Shown: piece after piece, positions 61,296-64,000 of the stretch
Layout: every line of letters begins with the position of its first letter
Numbering within the stretch: the first letter of the stretch is position 1
NCBI GenBank assembly: GCA_000092065.1
Contig: CP000586.1
Length of the DNA stretch: 64,000 nucleotides
Source: Ostreococcus lucimarinus
Lineage: Eukaryota
Strand: one strand, 5' to 3'
The notes under the pieces: generated by a model
Seen by the model: the letters and a program-made list of their open reading frames with translations, nothing else
Database searches by the model: none
Told to the model about the DNA's origin: nothing
Made by a program: the position numbers and the translations under genes

Positions 61296-62653
61296 ACTAA
61301 AGCGCTAATGCTATCTAAAACGCGTTTCACCGCGCGTTTGTCGCTCAAGACCGTCAACGCGGGTCTGTACCGTTTTAATAAGTTCAACTCGTCCTTGCTC
61401 AAGTCGCCGATTTCCTCGCCCCCGGCTCGATGTTCATCGCGATCAAACTCACTCAAAATTCGTCGAGCGACTGCGTCGCGATCGTCGTCGACGTTGATCC
61501 ATGCGTAGCGCGATTCGCCGCGAAACCACGTGAATTGACGTTTCGCGTACGCGCGATTGAGCATCTGAATCTCATTCACCAGCTCCAATAACGACGCGTC
61601 GTCGACTTTGATCTCCTTCGCCCGAGCCTTTGCCAAGTACTCCATCGCCTGCCGGTAACCGATGGACCGCGCCGGGACGTTTTCTCCCGGCGCGATTCCA
61701 GCATTCAATAACCACGCGGCTTCATCCATGATTCCATCTACAAACATACCCTCCACGCGAGCGTCAATTTTTCGATACAGCTCGACGCGCGGCGAAGATA
61801 AAAAGAAACATCTAAAATCAAACCGCGCCTCAGGATTCTCGCGCGCGAACGCCTTGACGCTTTGCCCGCTCGTGCGCACGATTTCGTACGCTCGCGTCAA
61901 TCGATACCAATCGTTTTCGCTCAGCGTCTTCCCCGTCTCCGCATCTCCCGCGCGCGTCAACAACTCCACGGCTTCGCGCCACCCCCCCCGCGCTCTCGCC
62001 TCGCCCACGGCGCGTTCCGCCGCCTCTCGCGTCTCTGGCGTCGACCCCGGCGCGCTAGGTTTCCCATCCGTCAACCACTTCAAATACATCCCCGCACCGC
62101 CCACGACGACCGCATCGCGCCCTCGTCGATGTATATCGTCGATCACGTTTACGGCTTCGTCGTAATACGCGTTCGCGTCGTACTCTCCACTCCCATCTCT
62201 CGCGCGCGGATCCAGCGCGCTCAGCATGTGATGCGCGCACGCTTCGAGCTCCCGCGCGCCCACTTTCCCCGACCCGACGTCTAATCCGCGATATATTTGC
62301 ACCGAATCGCACGACACGATTTCAACCTCGCGCGCGTCTCGTCGCTCTCGTCGCGCGCGCGCCATGGCGATCGCGACCGCGCTCTTCCCGATCGCCGTCG
62401 GTCCCGTGACGACGAGCACCTTAGCGCGCCGCGTCGCGCGCGCGATTCCGTCGTCTCCCTCGCGCCCTGGATCAACGTCGCGCGCGCCGTTCGCGTCGGC
62501 ATTCGCACTCGCACTCGCATTCGCATTCGCATCGACGCGCGTCGTCGTCGTCGCGCGTCGTCGTCGTCGCGGCGCCCCGCACGCGGTCCAGCGTTTCGTC
62601 GCGCTCGCGCCGATGCGCTCGAGCCACGTCCGCGCGCCGCACGCCGCGCGCAT
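61292..62653 (-). CDS. tRNA dimethylallyltransferase (tRNA isopentenyltransferase, MiaA/Mod5/IPT)
   Basis: P-loop region KVLVVTGPTAIGKSAVAIAMA is followed by EIVSCDSVQIYRGLDVGSGK and …VVVGGAGMYLKWL…. The N-terminal ~75 aa are low-complexity and presequence-like. ATG is at 62651-62653 and TAG at 61292-61294, reverse complement of CTA. Confidence 0.8.
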   Translation of the reverse strand: MRAACGARTWLERIGASATKRWTACGAPRRRRRATTTTRVDANANASASANADANGARDVDPGREGDDGIARATRRAKVLVVTGPTAIGKSAVAIAMARARRERRDAREVEIVSCDSVQIYRGLDVGSGKVGARELEACAHHMLSALDPRARDGSGEYDANAYYDEAVNVIDDIHRRGRDAVVVGGAGMYLKWLTDGKPSAPGSTPETREAAERAVGEARARGGWREAVELLTRAGDAETGKTLSENDWYRLTRAYEIVRTSGQSVKAFARENPEARFDFRCFFLSSPRVELYRKIDARVEGMFVDGIMDEAAWLLNAGIAPGENVPARSIGYRQAMEYLAKARAKEIKVDDASLLELVNEIQMLNRAYAKRQFTWFRGESRYAWINVDDDRDAVARRILSEFDRDEHRAGGEEIGDLSKDELNLLKRYRPALTVLSDKRAVKRVLDSISALV

Positions 62654-62697
62654 CGTTCCACTCGCCGCCGCGCGCGCGTCAGAGAGTGACGCGCGGC
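62654..62697. promoter_or_regulatory. 44-bp head-to-head interval between the tRNA-IPT (-) and PDCD2-like (+) start codons
   Basis: ATGs lie at 62653 (minus) and 62698 (plus). The transcripts must initiate within or overlap each other's 5' regions. Confidence 0.35.
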
Positions 62698-64000
62698 ATG
62701 GACGTCGACGACGACGACAGCGACGACGACGGCGCGCGAGCGCTCGCGAGCGCGCGTCCGACGCTGTGTTACCCGGGTCGGCTGACGTCGCGCCGAGAGT
62801 CGCGCGCGTTCGCCGACGCCGGCGCGCGCGGCGCGCACAAGGTTGGCGGCGCGCCGGTGGCGCTGACGGCGGACGGCGACGACGACGGCGACGACGGCGA
62901 CGACGACGGCGACGCGGCGACGCGGTGGTACGCGCCGCGGTGCGCGTCGTGCGCGCGCGCGATGACGCTCGTCGTGCAGACGTACGCGCCGAGAGGAGGT
63001 CGCGGACGGGCGCTGTACGCGTACGCGTGCGTCGGCGGCGGCGCGGCGTGTCGAGGAGACGACGCGTGGGCGTGCGTCAGCGCGACGTCGATCGCGGCGC
63101 GCGCGGACGCGAGCGAAGAGCGCGGGCGCGATGGCGAAACCACGACGCGCGACGGCGGTGGCTCGCGCGCGCGCGCGACGAACGGCGTCGAGACGTACGG
63201 GACGGCGGAACGCGCGCCGGCGATGGAGGACGCGTGGGACGATCCGGAATCGAGCGCGTGGTGCGACGACGGCGCGGACGCGGCGGCGCTGAGCGCGGAA
63301 TTAGATGCCATGTTGGTGTGCGGGGTAGGGCGCGCGGAAGGACGCGCGGAAGGGCGCGCGGAGGCCGCGATGACGCCCGGCGACGAGGACGAAGACGATG
63401 GCGATGGCGACGACGACGCCGCGAGACAAGAAGACGGTTTTTCTTTGTCACGGATCGTGCGCGAGGCGTACGACGCGGCGTGCGCGACGCAAATAGTAGA
63501 ATACCACCTCGTGTCCGAGATTGAGCCGAAAGCGGTCAGCGGGATGACGGTGAAGGAAGCGGCGCACGCCGAGGCGCTCCTGGCGCGATACGCCGAACGC
63601 GAAGGCGTCTCCGTGACGGACGTCGTCGCCATCGATGACGAGGATGGCGAGTGGGCGGGAGAGACGTACGAGCGTGGCGAAGCACGACATGCGGATGATG
63701 CGTATTTAAAGTTCGCCCGCCGTCTGCAGCGCGCGCCTGATCAGTGCATGCGATACGACGTCGGCGGCATGAAGTTCATCTGGCCGACGAAGACGCCGCC
63801 ACCGTCAACTTCGTGCGATCGCTGCGGCACCACGCGCGTGTGCGAGCTTCAACTCACTCCGGCACTTTTGCGAGACGTTGAAGATGCGTTGTCGATGCAC
63901 AAGGGCGATAAATCGCGCCTCGCGAGCGAAGAGGATCTCTTGGGCTGGGATTGGCAAACCGTCTGCGTGTTCGCGTGTCCAAACGACGCGTGCGTCGTCC
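62698..64000 (+). CDS. programmed cell death protein 2 (PDCD2/Zfrp8/Tsr4)-like, partial (C-terminus beyond window end)
   Basis: ATG at 62698 begins MDVDDDDSDDDG…LCYPGRL…WYAPRCASCARAMTLVVQTYAP, a PDCD2 N-region with a MYND-like Cys motif. A long acidic insert follows, then the PDCD2_C domain: …YDVGGMKFIWPTKTPPPSTSCDRCGTTRVCELQLTPALL…DWQTVCVFACPNDAC. It is not in the ORF track because it is truncated and lies in a frame distinct from the listed R-rich ORFs. Confidence 0.7.
   Translation, partial: MDVDDDDSDDDGARALASARPTLCYPGRLTSRRESRAFADAGARGAHKVGGAPVALTADGDDDGDDGDDDGDAATRWYAPRCASCARAMTLVVQTYAPRGGRGRALYAYACVGGGAACRGDDAWACVSATSIAARADASEERGRDGETTTRDGGGSRARATNGVETYGTAERAPAMEDAWDDPESSAWCDDGADAAALSAELDAMLVCGVGRAEGRAEGRAEAAMTPGDEDEDDGDGDDDAARQEDGFSLSRIVREAYDAACATQIVEYHLVSEIEPKAVSGMTVKEAAHAEALLARYAEREGVSVTDVVAIDDEDGEWAGETYERGEARHADDAYLKFARRLQRAPDQCMRYDVGGMKFIWPTKTPPPSTSCDRCGTTRVCELQLTPALLRDVEDALSMHKGDKSRLASEEDLLGWDWQTVCVFACPNDACVV

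Noticed and set aside
62364-63632. R-rich plus ORF (386 aa) and Ser/Ala/Pro-rich minus ORF (287 aa)
   Set aside because: Both overlap a third frame that encodes a recognisable PDCD2-like protein with N-terminal and PDCD2_C domains. They are frame artefacts.
1-64000. Prokaryotic-style defence or other 'system' (CRISPR, RM, toxin-antitoxin, operons), mobile elements, rRNA/tRNA
   Set aside because: All recognisable genes are eukaryotic nuclear genes with spliceosomal introns and eukaryote-specific products (dynein, APC5, NSF, THADA, Naa10). There are no repeat-spacer arrays, transposase or integrase genes, or IR-flanked elements. I cannot exclude a short tRNA missed by eye.

Overview
This is eukaryotic nuclear DNA, not prokaryotic. 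It is very GC-rich (about 65–70% in most genes) and densely packed with protein-coding genes on both strands. I recognise about 27 genes.

- Most genes are single-exon.
- I reconstruct spliceosomal GT-AG introns in two genes whose products the ORF track splits across frames.
 - The THADA homolog has 3 introns.
 - The SABRE/KIAA0100 (BLTP2-type) lipid-transfer homolog has one 5' intron.
- The largest feature is an uninterrupted ~14 kb axonemal-type dynein heavy chain gene on the minus strand. It sits head-to-head with a small RIIa/DPY-30-domain protein gene, which looks like a flagellar gene pair.

Other recognisable products:
- NSF D1/D2, truncated at the window start
- mitoferrin-like mitochondrial carrier
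- ABHD17-like hydrolase
- NCS1 nucleobase transporter
- APC5
- SAP-domain protein
- UBA+PUB protein
- SET-domain methyltransferase
- PSMG2/PAC2
- Nudix hydrolase
- two-pore K+ channel with an EF-hand
- rhodanese
- WD40 protein
- class-3 lipase
- Naa10
- DDX1
- 3-ketoacyl-CoA thiolase
- tRNA isopentenyltransferase
- PDCD2-like protein, truncated at the window end

Genome compaction is extreme.
- Convergent stop codons lie 43–67 bp apart.
- One convergent pair literally shares its stop-codon nucleotides.
- One head-to-head pair has start codons only 44 bp apart.

No CRISPR array, mobile element or prokaryotic-style defence system is present, and I found no rRNA or tRNA by eye. The plant-like proteins, TGTAA motifs near some 3' ends and the flagellar genes suggest a small flagellated green alga (Mamiellophyceae-like), but that is inference only.

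The supplied ORF track uses alternative starts (GTG/TTG/CTG shown as M), so I moved many gene starts to the first in-frame ATG. Coordinates carry roughly ±1–3 nt uncertainty because everything was read by hand.
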